From positions 7,577 through 71,576 of the IMG/VR virus record IMGVR_UViG_3300001796_000003: a stretch of DNA of 64,000 nt. The stretch is one strand, 5' to 3'. Made by a program: the position numbers and the translations under genes. Below the pieces are notes generated by a model. That model did no database searches. It had not been told where the DNA came from and was given only the letters and a program-made list of their open reading frames with translations. The stretch comes from a virus. Below, piece by piece: positions 19,001 through 29,464 of the stretch (position 1 is the first letter of the stretch; each line of letters begins with the position of its first letter).

Positions 19001-22000
19001 CCAGTCACAAAGACAATCAGTGTTCCTTTTGCTCGAACTGGTCAAATCAACGCAAACTTTGTTCCAAGCAGTACTGAATTTTCGGCGAATGACACAGACA
19101 ACGAACCTGGCATTGATTTCAGCGTAACTAATGTATGGGGAACCAGTGTTAATGGAACTAACTTTAATGACTACAATGTCTTAATGCGAGCGAGAAACTG
19201 GTACTCAAGTGGTGGTACTGGTGCTTCACTTGGCAAGTTGATTGTTCGTTCTACCGAGTACGGCGCAAATGGTAACAAGTGCCGTTTCTCGATCGAGTAT
19301 CCGGCTTCTCCGGACCTCGACAATTCTACAACCTTTGCAGATACCCCGTCGTGGAACAAACTATCATACTTCTTTGGTTCTGGTCCAGCTCGCAATATCG
19401 GATTCGCAGCTGGTACCATAGTCACTGTGTCAGGACCCTATCCCGACACAACAACAAACTTTCCCGCAGGCGCGGCAAGTACCGGAAAATACTATGATCT
19501 TGCATTCGGTGCTGGTACCTTTACGTCTGTACAAATCAATGATGTATTGAGTGTGAGTGACCCGGGGCTTGTTGGTCTCTCTGGGCAATATGGCATTAAG
19601 AATAAGAGCGGTAGCACTATCCGTCTCTATGCTCCGACACTATCAGCTGGATCCTTGACATCAACCAGTGACGACCTTTTAACAATCTTCCCTCTCACTC
19701 AAACTGCTGTATCTGATATTGTCACTGCGATTAACGCTTCAAATATTATGACTGCAGCAGCAGTTAGTCTTTCTGCTGCATTAATTACTTCGTCCACTTT
19801 TGAGGATCAGTACTCGTATGTCAGCGACGCAACTGCGCTCGCATATGGCCACAACCCAACAAACTCAGCGCTGCAGGGTTTCATTCAGCTCTATGATGGA
19901 GCCGCAAGCATCAAAACATTCTCAAATGCTGATCCTAATTTCACCCTCAAGGTGCCGCTAGTACTGTCTTCGTCGGGTGTCTCAGCAGCTATTTATAGAA
20001 TGGACACTGCGCCCAATGAAGACTCAACGACGGGTGAGTATTTTAAGCTAGTTCCCAGTACGACTGCAAACGTTCATCATCATTTGACCCAGAAGGCTTT
20101 GTCACAACTACCAATCGTAGCTGATGTGTCGATCTCGGACGCAAATAAGCGTGTTCAAGTGGTATCAAAGAACATGGGCAGCAATGGTGCAATTGAAGTA
20201 TTAGGTGGACAAGCTAATCTGGCGCAGACTAATATCCTAGGAGCAAGCTCTGTTTCCTCCGACGTGTCAGGTAGCTATTTATTGGGAACAATCTCAGCAT
20301 TTCCGAATTCTTATAGCACAGGCGATGTAGTTAAAATTGCTAACCAGTATGGTGCACCGCGGGCGACACAATTCGGCATCTCCTGTTCTATTGATGTAGA
20401 AGCGATGGCGAGCGATCGTGCTGAGTACTATCTCAATCCAGTTGAAACTAACTTTACTTCGGCGACCACGATTGCAATTACCGACGTTTCAGGCTCATAT
20501 GGAGCTGCCGCTAATACTGTTTGGCGCTGGACGCATAGTGCAGCTGGAACTGAGACTTTGGGTCGTGCAAAGGTTGGTCATCAAGTCATTGCATTTAATT
20601 GTCCTGGCTGGAAAAACACCAATCAGGCAAAAAAGCCCGGCGATAATGTAACTGTGGGTTTCCCCATTGTCGCTGTTAATAGTGTATCTAACACAGTTGA
20701 TGTTCTTAATCCTTTTGGGGCCGCAATGGCTGCTACTGCTATTGGTACTGGTACAGTCAGCATTTGTCCAGTATTCCAGAATCGTTGGCATTTGGCACAT
20801 CAAGCACCAATTGGAATTCGCTCTCTGTCGCGATCCAGTAACGTCTTAACCGTTGAGACGATGACATCACACCACTTTAACACCGGAGACTCGGTTGTGA
20901 TTAGAGATAGTTTATCAGGGTTAGTTGATACTAATTATGGTCCTATCACCGTTACCGGTCCTCAGACCTTTACTGTAATAAATGGCGGTTCAAACTTTAC
21001 AGAGTTAGAGGTCGGAGCTACAACTCAGATACACCCGTCATCAACAACAACATATCGATTACAGCGTCTTGGCGTGAACAATCTAGTACGAATTGACCAT
21101 GTTTTAGGACCGTCGCCGAGGTTCGTGGACTGTGGAGTCGCTGTTGACGACTATTTGGTTCTTCAGGGAAATACCTTTAACACGTCTAATAACGGAATTC
21201 ACCGAGTTGTAGCTGTTGATAACAAATCAGTTATCTTCGAACATCAAAACAGTGTTGCCACTAGAAATAACGTAACTCCCTTTAATAATAACAGCATCGC
21301 TGTTACTTGGACTGCAAATAGTAATATCGTTCAGGGAGCTGCTGGCGCATTTAAGTATGTCGACACCTTCCAGAGTGTTAAAAAGGCGGCAGATGATGAC
21401 TCACAGTATGTTCAGGTTACTGGATGTGAAGGTGGTAACTTTGCAACAGCCACTTATATCACCTTAAGTCAGGTTTACACAGGAACCACGGGATCTGCTT
21501 TGGGTGTTGGATTCAGAATGGAATCTGATTATGACATTGGCGTCCCTCTGCGCAGCACTGATGACCTTATGTTCTTTGATGGTGATTCTTCTTTGGAAGG
21601 AGACACGCTCAGCGTGCAAGATCTCACTAACGAAGATTGGTTTAGTCCCGAAAACACCGGACAATTCGAGATCATTGAAATCGGCAACCACACAACGGAC
21701 CACAGACCTTTCGCTCGTGTAGTAAACAGACTTGCGATTTCAGAAACAGATATTAGTAACTTTGATGTTGCTCCTGATGGTTTCTATGTCATTGAAAGTG
21801 ACTTGTATAAGTATTACACGTATCGGACTATCAGTAACTCAACCATTAGCGGAACTAATAATCTCCGACGCAATCTCTATATGCTTCCTGATACTCGTGC
21901 CTACAAGATTGCAGAGACTAATGGATCTATTGTGCAACATACTGGAAAGTTAGGATATGACTTGCTACCCGCAGTAGGAACTGATGGATACGTATTCTAT

Positions 22001-22384
22001 ACAGGTCTACTGCGTCGCGCTCAACGCACTATTGATGGATATGCTCCAGATCCTATTACGTACACAGAGCGCCGTGCAGTTGGATCGAGAATCGAGATTT
22101 TGCCTCCTCTCATCAAAAACATCACCCTTGTCCTGTCGATTGCTACACACCAGGGAGCAACGATTCAAGATGTTTCTAACAATGTCAAGTCTTCTATTAT
22201 TGACTATATAAATGGTTTAGGCGTTGGCGAGCACGTGATTCTTTCGGCTATTATCGCTGAAGTAATGAAGGTAAAGGGTGTTGCCGCTGTAACATTCAAC
22301 ACTCCAGCTCCTACAGAGGAGCGCATCACTGTGGCTTCCAATGAAAAAGCACTTATTTTTGCAGACTCAATCGGAATTATCTAA
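16034..22384 (+). CDS. very large baseplate J-like wedge protein
   Basis: N-term J motifs (D.NPGSV..SLLEA; AQVPGSQGN; GSDIETDTQLRNRI...LARGT) and C-term J-like end (DYINGLGVGEHVILSAII..VM.V.GV) flanking a long beta-rich insert; GTG start with GAGGG SD. Confidence 0.8.
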   Translation: MSIEIKSFNQILGSMVRKIVAETPLSDVNPGSVFLSLLEACASQDFDNNVAILNILELLNVDAIRNVDLDNKAADLGLERFAAVPSTGAVQFRNSLITKQSALLYSLKPAPISGQTVLFVNSTTGWASSGSVYIGRGTNSFEGPIPYSSITVFPTYSQINLSTALQKDHLLSDVVVNGQGQPDRVISAGTVIKVPANNQNPDILFTTIRDAIIPAGEDSVDGVLVVAQVPGSQGNAPINTIRQFETAPFTGAAVTNLVAFSTGSDIETDTQLRNRIKSHSASLARGTSPAILSAVINLSDPDENKRVVSATLSQPISANEPAILYIDDGNGFQPSQAGQNLDVLLSRANGTEEFLQLANYPLPRAQVVNTVSGPFVFADQMFLRVAIDRVEETVVFTSSDFSNITVATLPEIVSAINAQATLFKARLTDDSQHILIYPVDPDAEFIQVVPKRDDDVESLYANNVLNFPVNENSYIFLYQNGVRLQQREQRATVETLPFGLWNLFFVGNLVVSVDGTPEQDRAFSLADFPDTASLTTLSLDNWVTAFNDKFAGITATATPNQTMQISSNKSGLGASIQIVGGTYAEQLFGSNSTFATGQTSQFQINRSNGQLRLLTEIEPNDVISAGIADAKGAVISTPTSSGLYDLSDDDSGRKSEMVICPDSTYCDVISVNLTLDESLIISQNGPFRRILASNVDTFNNVQPGDFLYVTYRGPGSWVNVANSGLFKVATRGPNYTPGVDTYIDIWNIAVVNETVTVADIADITAFRTDGYPQVWTSSYISNPASTTLNDLVESVHAATVGVRASIFQTNSVKITSNTETNGSIAIPVSVGRISAIYAPTESVKLNDIPLIANKTSSKDLLGFIKFKQPIVSQNTYLDRAVYSTVVDGINPSVAPDAYPYSGTYSEQVTGANGVFTSTNVNLSDVATIIRGSNEGLVRSIKAKPTSTSIGTQQGLPRSALDHMENDEFQIFNSLQMSQDDSFTVIVDQDPVTKTISVPFARTGQINANFVPSSTEFSANDTDNEPGIDFSVTNVWGTSVNGTNFNDYNVLMRARNWYSSGGTGASLGKLIVRSTEYGANGNKCRFSIEYPASPDLDNSTTFADTPSWNKLSYFFGSGPARNIGFAAGTIVTVSGPYPDTTTNFPAGAASTGKYYDLAFGAGTFTSVQINDVLSVSDPGLVGLSGQYGIKNKSGSTIRLYAPTLSAGSLTSTSDDLLTIFPLTQTAVSDIVTAINASNIMTAAAVSLSAALITSSTFEDQYSYVSDATALAYGHNPTNSALQGFIQLYDGAASIKTFSNADPNFTLKVPLVLSSSGVSAAIYRMDTAPNEDSTTGEYFKLVPSTTANVHHHLTQKALSQLPIVADVSISDANKRVQVVSKNMGSNGAIEVLGGQANLAQTNILGASSVSSDVSGSYLLGTISAFPNSYSTGDVVKIANQYGAPRATQFGISCSIDVEAMASDRAEYYLNPVETNFTSATTIAITDVSGSYGAAANTVWRWTHSAAGTETLGRAKVGHQVIAFNCPGWKNTNQAKKPGDNVTVGFPIVAVNSVSNTVDVLNPFGAAMAATAIGTGTVSICPVFQNRWHLAHQAPIGIRSLSRSSNVLTVETMTSHHFNTGDSVVIRDSLSGLVDTNYGPITVTGPQTFTVINGGSNFTELEVGATTQIHPSSTTTYRLQRLGVNNLVRIDHVLGPSPRFVDCGVAVDDYLVLQGNTFNTSNNGIHRVVAVDNKSVIFEHQNSVATRNNVTPFNNNSIAVTWTANSNIVQGAAGAFKYVDTFQSVKKAADDDSQYVQVTGCEGGNFATATYITLSQVYTGTTGSALGVGFRMESDYDIGVPLRSTDDLMFFDGDSSLEGDTLSVQDLTNEDWFSPENTGQFEIIEIGNHTTDHRPFARVVNRLAISETDISNFDVAPDGFYVIESDLYKYYTYRTISNSTISGTNNLRRNLYMLPDTRAYKIAETNGSIVQHTGKLGYDLLPAVGTDGYVFYTGLLRRAQRTIDGYAPDPITYTERRAVGSRIEILPPLIKNITLVLSIATHQGATIQDVSNNVKSSIIDYINGLGVGEHVILSAIIAEVMKVKGVAAVTFNTPAPTEERITVASNEKALIFADSIGII

Positions 22385-24669
22385 TGAATAACTCAACTAA
22401 AATCGACAGAATTTTCGATCTGCTCCCCAAGCATTTGGCTGCTAGACAAGATGCTAAGTGGAGCAGTCTTATTGAGGCAATCGGCGCCGAAGATGAACGT
22501 CTGGCTCGTTTAGCGGAAGAAGTTCGAAAGCAGTTTTTCGTAAAAACCGCAAGTCGTCCTTACATTGATCGTTTGGCTGCTAATAATAATGTTGTTAGAC
22601 CACGTTTCGTAGGAATGAATGACAGTAATTTCCGACGCTTTATTCCGGTTTTAACATATCAACCAAAACAAGTACGTCGCATTATCGACGATCTGCTTGA
22701 CCTCTTTTTCATGAAAGAGGCAACTACTGCATTTTTATCGTCTAGTTTGTATGAACCGTTTACCTTTGAAGACACTTGGGGCTTTGAGGTTCTTGTAGAT
22801 AACACGCACTCAGAGCGCATTGTTTTTCGTAGTACTGATTTTACTGATATAGCGGCCGCTACGGCTGATGAAGTTGCTTCAGCATACAATCGTCAAGCGA
22901 AGCATTCGTACGCTGTTAGTTTTTATGATAGTGTGACTAAAAATACGTTTTTAAGAATTTTTAGTAAAACAGCCGGCAGCCAGAGTGCAATGGACATTGT
23001 TGGGGGGTTGGCTAACATTGGACTTGAATTAAATGGCTTTCTGTCAGATCTAGGTACTGGTTCCAGCACTCAGTGGATTGTTACTAAAATTGGCAATACA
23101 ACTACATTTACCTACAATGCCGGTCCAGTGCCAGGCATTGAATCTCTGTTGCCGGGTGATATCTTTTTGTGTGATTTAAGTGGCAATCGAGGTTCTTTTA
23201 CAATCACCAACGTAGATATTAGACTTAAAAGCTTCACGTTTGAAAATATATTAGCAACTGCTGGGACTTATACGCAAAGTTCCTCAAAACAAACTAAATG
23301 GCTTCGACCTGTACATGTCACATCCTTTAGTTCAACTCGAAGAGCATTAAGCTGGGAAACAGGGATAAATTCGCTAAGCGTGGAAATGCCTGTGACTCCT
23401 CCTATTGTCAATCGTGAATTGATGGGAGGTTTTCACATCAACGGTCACATTGGTGTTGTGACTTCTGTCGATTCCTCGACGAGTCTTACTGTTAACGACA
23501 CGCAAAATTGGCCTTCATCGGGTTATTTTATTATTGAGCCAGTAGAAGCTATTGCCGCTAGATTGACTGGGGGAGAAGGAGATCTACTCGTCTCACCGAC
23601 AATAAATGGACGCATTATATCCAACTTTATTCGCTACCACTATACAGCTATTGCTGGAAACACGATCACGGGCATCACACCCAATTTGCCTTCTATTGCC
23701 GCACTTAATGAGTTGACAATTACTTCTTTAACCAGAACCAGTAACATGATTACCTGCGTCGCCAATAATGATTTCGCGGCGGGCGATACTGTCTTTATAA
23801 CTGGCTGCAGCGGCATTCCTGTATTGACAACAACTGGGGATCTGACTTCTGGTAATCCTTCTATTAGCAATATAGCGGATTTGACGGGTGTGTCTCCTGG
23901 TCAGCTTATTTCGGGGATAGGTATTCCCGCGGGGACCACAGTACTAGAAATAGTAGATGCTACTACAATTTTAACCTCTTCAGATGCTACTGCTTCTGGC
24001 ACATATGGCATTACGTTCAGTGAGGGAATTAACGGCACCTTTGAAGTTCAAGATGCCGATAGCACTAACTTTACAGTTTACAAAAACGGAATCAATGGCG
24101 CGGCTGCTACTGCAGGCGTTGTCACCAAGGAACAACGTCAGTTGGCGCCCAATGGTTTTAGAATTCTAGTGACCACTGCAAATGATGCAAGCATCACTGA
24201 GATTCAGGGACCGTACGTTTGGAAATTGGACGCTCCTTTCGTATTAAGTGCAGACACGAGCACTATTTCAACGAATATTGTGGCAGGTAAGAGTTACAAG
24301 CTTTTAACCCTAAATACGACTGACATTCCCGAAGGGCCCGGCTATCTTATTTTTGACTACGGGCAAAATAATCAGGAAGGTCCCGTTAAGTATCTATATA
24401 AGGCAGCAGAAGACATTGTTGCTCTAGATCCGTCTCATGTATTTCAACAGTTTCATTCATCGGGTGCCAGTGTAGTTAAAGTGAGCAAGATGGGCCCTCA
24501 CATCCTCTCTGGGACTGGTGCCGAGTACGCACCGTATATCACTAATCCTCCGGATGCTAGACAACAAGTACAAGACTTGATCAGTGCCGTAGGTAGTGCA
24601 GGTATTTTCGTTGACTTTATCCTTAGATACCCCAATCAACTATACGGCACCCTATCGGTATACGACTGA
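22384..24669 (+). CDS. baseplate wedge/tail protein (gpI/gp7-like) with beta-sandwich inserts
   Basis: Coupled to J; N-term (LFVKTASRPYIDRLA.N..V.RP) and C-term (DLI..V.SAGIFV.F) resemble wedge subunits. Confidence 0.55.
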   Translation: MNNSTKIDRIFDLLPKHLAARQDAKWSSLIEAIGAEDERLARLAEEVRKQFFVKTASRPYIDRLAANNNVVRPRFVGMNDSNFRRFIPVLTYQPKQVRRIIDDLLDLFFMKEATTAFLSSSLYEPFTFEDTWGFEVLVDNTHSERIVFRSTDFTDIAAATADEVASAYNRQAKHSYAVSFYDSVTKNTFLRIFSKTAGSQSAMDIVGGLANIGLELNGFLSDLGTGSSTQWIVTKIGNTTTFTYNAGPVPGIESLLPGDIFLCDLSGNRGSFTITNVDIRLKSFTFENILATAGTYTQSSSKQTKWLRPVHVTSFSSTRRALSWETGINSLSVEMPVTPPIVNRELMGGFHINGHIGVVTSVDSSTSLTVNDTQNWPSSGYFIIEPVEAIAARLTGGEGDLLVSPTINGRIISNFIRYHYTAIAGNTITGITPNLPSIAALNELTITSLTRTSNMITCVANNDFAAGDTVFITGCSGIPVLTTTGDLTSGNPSISNIADLTGVSPGQLISGIGIPAGTTVLEIVDATTILTSSDATASGTYGITFSEGINGTFEVQDADSTNFTVYKNGINGAAATAGVVTKEQRQLAPNGFRILVTTANDASITEIQGPYVWKLDAPFVLSADTSTISTNIVAGKSYKLLTLNTTDIPEGPGYLIFDYGQNNQEGPVKYLYKAAEDIVALDPSHVFQQFHSSGASVVKVSKMGPHILSGTGAEYAPYITNPPDARQQVQDLISAVGSAGIFVDFILRYPNQLYGTLSVYD

Positions 24670-24737
24670 GCAGATAAGTAGATACGTAGTACAATTAGTA
24701 GATAACTGGCGTAAGTCAAAGAAAAGGGTGAATTAAC

Positions 24738-27700
24738 ATGGCTGTTCTTGGACGAGTTTTACTGAATAGTGCGGAACGAATTGATCTTCCTGATCTTCTC
24801 TCGATTGATTCCTATGGGGCAGGAGATTGGAAGTATTTTATGCAGAGCTTGGTGGGCTCGTCTAAGCCATATGTCCTATATGGTTTTGATGTAATCAACC
24901 CTGGTAGTGCTATTGGTCTCCCTTCATGTTCAATTAGAGTCGCAGACTCTATTGTTTATTATCCCGGTTCTGCTGCTGGACCATTCTTTTACGGTCTTCC
25001 GGAAGGAAATGAGGCTTCGGAGCCCCTTGTTCCGCAGCTTAGAACTAGCGCCACAAACTATGTATACTTAACGCTATCCACCTTTGATACTGCATCAGAC
25101 ACTAGAGCTCTCTGGGATCCGGATCGTAATGGCGGTGAAGGTGGAGAGTTTACGCAGGAAATCAACACCGAATCAGTAATTCAGGCTCAACTCGGCATAT
25201 CAACTGGATCTTTTCCTGTTAATACAGTACCGTTGGCCATTATTGTTATGGGGTCGAATGCTATTACTTCTATTACTGATGCTCGTGACATGATGTTTAG
25301 ATTGGGCACCGGTGGTATTGCTCCTAACGCAGAAGCCAATTACACATTTCCTTCACTTCCTAGTGGAGCATATGCTCGACAGGAAACAAGCGGCGTAACA
25401 GTCTCACTGTCCGACCCTAATCCTTTTCAGGGCGGTGATAAGAACATTAAGACATTAAAGCAGTGGATGGATGCAGTTATGACCAAGCTTAAAGAGCTTG
25501 GTGGCACCACCTACTGGTACGAGGACACTACCACCTTCTCGCTATTTAAGATTTGGAATGATGCACTCGCTACAGCCTGGAAGAGCAAGGGCACATACAC
25601 ACACGACTCCGCTGTCCCTGGTCGACTCTCATGGAGCGAAGATCTCTATGTGAAGAGTATGAATAGTCCTGTCGATGTCGTTATTAGAGCAAGCGGTGGT
25701 TCACCACTCAACTTGAATAATGAACAGGTTGCATTCCTAGGTTTGGTGCGTGATCAGCCAATTAACACACTAGATGAAGCAGTATTGTTCTATAATGGTG
25801 AATCTTACATCAATTCTGCTTCTGGCGCAGCAGGCGTATTTGGACAACTCAAAAAGGGTGATTGGGTTAAGAAGGTCACAGATAAAAACACTCTTTGTCT
25901 GCAGGTGCGCGAATTCTACGATACAGCTCAATCTGTTAGTGGTTCACCCGTTGGAACCATTGTTGCGCCTGGATCTGCTCGCGCTATTGTTTTAAGCGGT
26001 CTATATCAAGGCACAGATAGCACAATTGCAGGCGATAGAGCAAGATTTGATCGCGGCGAGTATACGACAAGCGATATTCAGATTGTTGATCGCAACAACA
26101 ATCTCCTTGATGACACAGCTGGTGACTTAATGTGGTTTGCTCAGCGCAGCGATACTGCAATGTCAATCGCATCAATCTCAACTGTATCTCTCACTGGAAC
26201 TATTAATTCTGCAGATGGCTCTGATGCTATTGTGTCTTGTACGGCTCATGGTCTCCAAGATGGAGATCGAATCGTCGTTACAACCCCTGTCGGATATGGC
26301 GCAACCCCTGTTTATGTAGAAGCAATTGATGCCAATACACTTTCTATTAAGACAAACGTTACAACTACCGGCGCATTTGTAGCTTTTTATGGATTGTGTA
26401 CGACAGGAGCCAGATCCACATCTGGTTTTCAACTTGAATCAGCTAATCATGGCTTTGATTCCGGTGAGACTATTTTTATCACTGGAACAACTAACTATAA
26501 TGATCCTTATACGATTAATGTTAGGTCATCAACACAATTTCAATTTCCAATTGACGCTGCTCATGCAACGGAAACCTCTGGTCTAGCAACACTGGCTCGT
26601 CTTGACGTTCGTTCTGAAGAAGGTATTCAAAAAATCGTGCAGGGTGAGACGATCAATATCGGCGCAGGGACGATAGAAAACGTCCAGGCCTTCATCGGTA
26701 TGGGGTCTCTGTCCCAAACATCTCCCGTGTACACCCTGCCTGGTTCTTACGACACCTTTAATGAGGGTGCCAATTACAACGGATCTCTATCAGACAACCT
26801 GACTGCACGAGTTTCCAAGAATACGGCAATGTTGATGGACAAGGCTCAGGATAAAACCATCAAATGCGTTACCACTGCAACTGGAGCCAGGTCACAAACA
26901 AACGGTTGGTTGAGCTTTACTCCACCTGGTAGCACTTTGACAATTGTGCAGCCCGGAAGTCCCGCAAATGCAACAATCACACTACCCGACGCTGGCGGTC
27001 CAATAACCCTTAACACCAATCAAAGCGCATATGTGACTATTAATCGCAATGCTGCAACCACACCTGGCTGGGTTATTGCAAATACGGCCGACGTACCAGT
27101 TAGAGAAAACATTTTTGTGTTAGCGACACGACTGAGCGGAACAGAACAGTACCTGTGGGACGGTACGTGCGTAGACGGCATCGTGCCTTTGCGACCTTCA
27201 GATGTTTTGGTTGTTCAATGCAATCTTTTTGATCCTGTCTCAACCACACTACCAACTGGTACTGTTGTTGTTGACAATGTTACGGTAGAAGCCGGACAAT
27301 TGGTTGTTTTTGGAAATTTAACCATAAATGCTCATCGAGTTTATCGAGCTGTTGGCGTTGGAACTACTATCTCAAGTTGGACTGCTGAATATAAATTCAA
27401 TGGACAGGTCGATCCTTCAGTGGGCCACGTTTTGCTTGTTGTGAGTGGGCAAGCTTTTGGCTTACAAGTTGGTAAATTCAACGGTAGCAATTGGGCTTTT
27501 AATGATTACGTTCGTTACTTTAATGGTGCAGATTACCTTGAGCAATCAAATCTTGTGAGTGCGACCATTACTGACAACGCAACCACACCTATTTTTACAA
27601 CGGCGTGGGCAGGCAGCGAACACATTCTAATTGACTACTCTCTTGTTAGAAGTACAGCAAGAGAAACAGGAACAATGCGAATTGTTACTGATGGAGCTAC

Positions 27701-28340
27701 TGCAGAAGTCTCCACCGATAGTGCTTATGTAAATGGAAACTCTGGAGTGACATTTACTGCTGCCATTAGCGGTGCTGACCTGATTTTGTCCGGAACCGCG
27801 ACAAGCACTGGACAAAACGCAACATTTAAGTACTCGACGCGCCGATGGAGCTCTTCATACCCTGGAGGTCCAGCAGGCCTTCCTTCATACTCGGGTGCAG
27901 CTCCTACTCCCACACCTGCTGCAGCTCCTGTTAATGCCGTTCAATTTAACTCAGGTGGTGTCCTTGCGGGCAACTCTAACTTTGCTATTGATACCGTTGA
28001 TAACAGCATGTCATTTAATGGACTGCGTCAAGGTGTGTTGTCTAGCAGTCTTACACTCAATAACAATCAGGTGGCCTTTGCAAACTTATTGCTGTTAAGT
28101 GCCAGCTATTCATTCTATGTTATTGAATATTCGATTACAAAAGAAAATTATAGTCGAATTGGTCATTTGCAGATTGCTTATGATGGATCAGCTGTTGCTT
28201 GCAATGATAGCTATATAGAAACTGGAATTACTGGAGTAACACTTCAAGCAATTGTTTCAGGCGGTATTCAAATACAGTACACAAGCACTAATGGTGCTGG
28301 TGATGGCACTTTCAAGTATGCTTGGCGCAAGTGGAGTTAA
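24738..28340 (+). CDS. tail fibre / fibre-attachment protein
   Basis: 1200 aa, beta-rich; HG...G..I.I.G repeats and two similar C-terminal domains ending TFKY..R.W. Confidence 0.7.
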   Translation: MAVLGRVLLNSAERIDLPDLLSIDSYGAGDWKYFMQSLVGSSKPYVLYGFDVINPGSAIGLPSCSIRVADSIVYYPGSAAGPFFYGLPEGNEASEPLVPQLRTSATNYVYLTLSTFDTASDTRALWDPDRNGGEGGEFTQEINTESVIQAQLGISTGSFPVNTVPLAIIVMGSNAITSITDARDMMFRLGTGGIAPNAEANYTFPSLPSGAYARQETSGVTVSLSDPNPFQGGDKNIKTLKQWMDAVMTKLKELGGTTYWYEDTTTFSLFKIWNDALATAWKSKGTYTHDSAVPGRLSWSEDLYVKSMNSPVDVVIRASGGSPLNLNNEQVAFLGLVRDQPINTLDEAVLFYNGESYINSASGAAGVFGQLKKGDWVKKVTDKNTLCLQVREFYDTAQSVSGSPVGTIVAPGSARAIVLSGLYQGTDSTIAGDRARFDRGEYTTSDIQIVDRNNNLLDDTAGDLMWFAQRSDTAMSIASISTVSLTGTINSADGSDAIVSCTAHGLQDGDRIVVTTPVGYGATPVYVEAIDANTLSIKTNVTTTGAFVAFYGLCTTGARSTSGFQLESANHGFDSGETIFITGTTNYNDPYTINVRSSTQFQFPIDAAHATETSGLATLARLDVRSEEGIQKIVQGETINIGAGTIENVQAFIGMGSLSQTSPVYTLPGSYDTFNEGANYNGSLSDNLTARVSKNTAMLMDKAQDKTIKCVTTATGARSQTNGWLSFTPPGSTLTIVQPGSPANATITLPDAGGPITLNTNQSAYVTINRNAATTPGWVIANTADVPVRENIFVLATRLSGTEQYLWDGTCVDGIVPLRPSDVLVVQCNLFDPVSTTLPTGTVVVDNVTVEAGQLVVFGNLTINAHRVYRAVGVGTTISSWTAEYKFNGQVDPSVGHVLLVVSGQAFGLQVGKFNGSNWAFNDYVRYFNGADYLEQSNLVSATITDNATTPIFTTAWAGSEHILIDYSLVRSTARETGTMRIVTDGATAEVSTDSAYVNGNSGVTFTAAISGADLILSGTATSTGQNATFKYSTRRWSSSYPGGPAGLPSYSGAAPTPTPAAAPVNAVQFNSGGVLAGNSNFAIDTVDNSMSFNGLRQGVLSSSLTLNNNQVAFANLLLLSASYSFYVIEYSITKENYSRIGHLQIAYDGSAVACNDSYIETGITGVTLQAIVSGGIQIQYTSTNGAGDGTFKYAWRKWS

Positions 28341-28347
28341 ATAAACA

Positions 28348-28767
28348 ATGAATTCACCTCTTAAAAGTAATTTTAGCGGATCCTACGAGGGATCAGACTT
28401 TCTCGTTTCAACCGGAGCACAAAGCATGAGTGGCGCCAAGAGAGGCGCAAATGTAACTTTAACTTCAAGTGCTGGGAGTATTGCGGTAGATCTAGCTGTT
28501 AGCAATAACTACACGCACACACTGACAGAAAACACAACACTTGCTGCCCCCTCTAATCCTGTTGGAGGGCAAAGCGGAATTATCTTCCTGAGACAGCACG
28601 CAAGTGCCCCCAAAACTCTTGCTTTTAACTCATTTTGGAAGTTTCCTGGAGGCACTCCCACAACGCCAGTTACAGCAACTGTAGATGCCATAGATGCAAT
28701 GGCATATTATATCGAGCCAGGCGGCACATTTGCTATTTGCCAGATGATTAACGACATAAAAACCTAA
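28348..28767 (+). CDS. small tail-fibre-associated domain protein
   Basis: IAVDLAVSNNYTHTLTENTTLAAPSN..GGQSG.I.L.Q..S....LAF..FWKFPGGT pattern, common at phage fibre C-termini. Confidence 0.65.
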   Translation: MNSPLKSNFSGSYEGSDFLVSTGAQSMSGAKRGANVTLTSSAGSIAVDLAVSNNYTHTLTENTTLAAPSNPVGGQSGIIFLRQHASAPKTLAFNSFWKFPGGTPTTPVTATVDAIDAMAYYIEPGGTFAICQMINDIKT

Positions 28768-28778
28768 AAGGACTTAAT

Positions 28779-29462
28779 ATGTTTCCATCTTTTGGAATTC
28801 CCTTTCTATTGAAATCTTCATCTTCTTCACCACTCTTAGAAGGATTAGTAAGGTTTTATCCGCTTGACGGCAATGGCGATGATGTTCATGGTGGCGAGCA
28901 CGGCGTTATCACTGGTGCATCTCCAGGCTATGAAGCAGGTTTGGGTCAAACGAATGCACTATATCTTGGTGATAGCACCACAAACAGATTTGAAGCATTA
29001 GAGTTTCGTCCGAATGACTTTACTATTTCCTGGCAAGTGTACGCTCGCGGTAATTTCAACGCATTTGCAGGGTTAATTGGCAACTTTAACACCAGTTCAG
29101 TAACAAGCGACTGGTGTTTTCTTTGCGGCGGTGTAACAGACGCACTTGTATACGCAAATGGTAATGCCAATACTGGAAAGTTAATTACTCTGCCAACATT
29201 AAGTTGGCACCATATCGTTCTTACGCGAGAAGTTACTGCATGGAAACTCTACTATGATGGAACGCTTGTTGAAAGTTTTACAAGCCTAGGCGCTGGATCC
29301 TCGGGAACAGATAGTTTTTATATTGCTAGTAGACCTGATGGCTATACAACCACTAATGCGCGATTTCAAAAAGTAGGTCTGTGGAATCGCGCATTAACTG
29401 ATGCTGAAGTAACGACACTTTATAATAGTGGAAATGTGCTAGCATATCCATTTACCATTTAA
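28779..29462 (+). CDS. LamG/concanavalin-A-like lectin domain protein (putative receptor binding)
   Basis: GLV.FYPLDGNG.D..G; WHHIVLT...LYYDG; IASR....F..VGLWNRALTDAEV..LYN.G are LamG-3 hallmarks. Confidence 0.85.
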   Translation: MFPSFGIPFLLKSSSSSPLLEGLVRFYPLDGNGDDVHGGEHGVITGASPGYEAGLGQTNALYLGDSTTNRFEALEFRPNDFTISWQVYARGNFNAFAGLIGNFNTSSVTSDWCFLCGGVTDALVYANGNANTGKLITLPTLSWHHIVLTREVTAWKLYYDGTLVESFTSLGAGSSGTDSFYIASRPDGYTTTNARFQKVGLWNRALTDAEVTTLYNSGNVLAYPFTI

Positions 29463-29464
29463 TC

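Noticed and set aside
24670-24737. Short AGTAGATA duplication upstream of the fibre gene
   Set aside because: 8-nt AT-rich repeat, within chance expectation.
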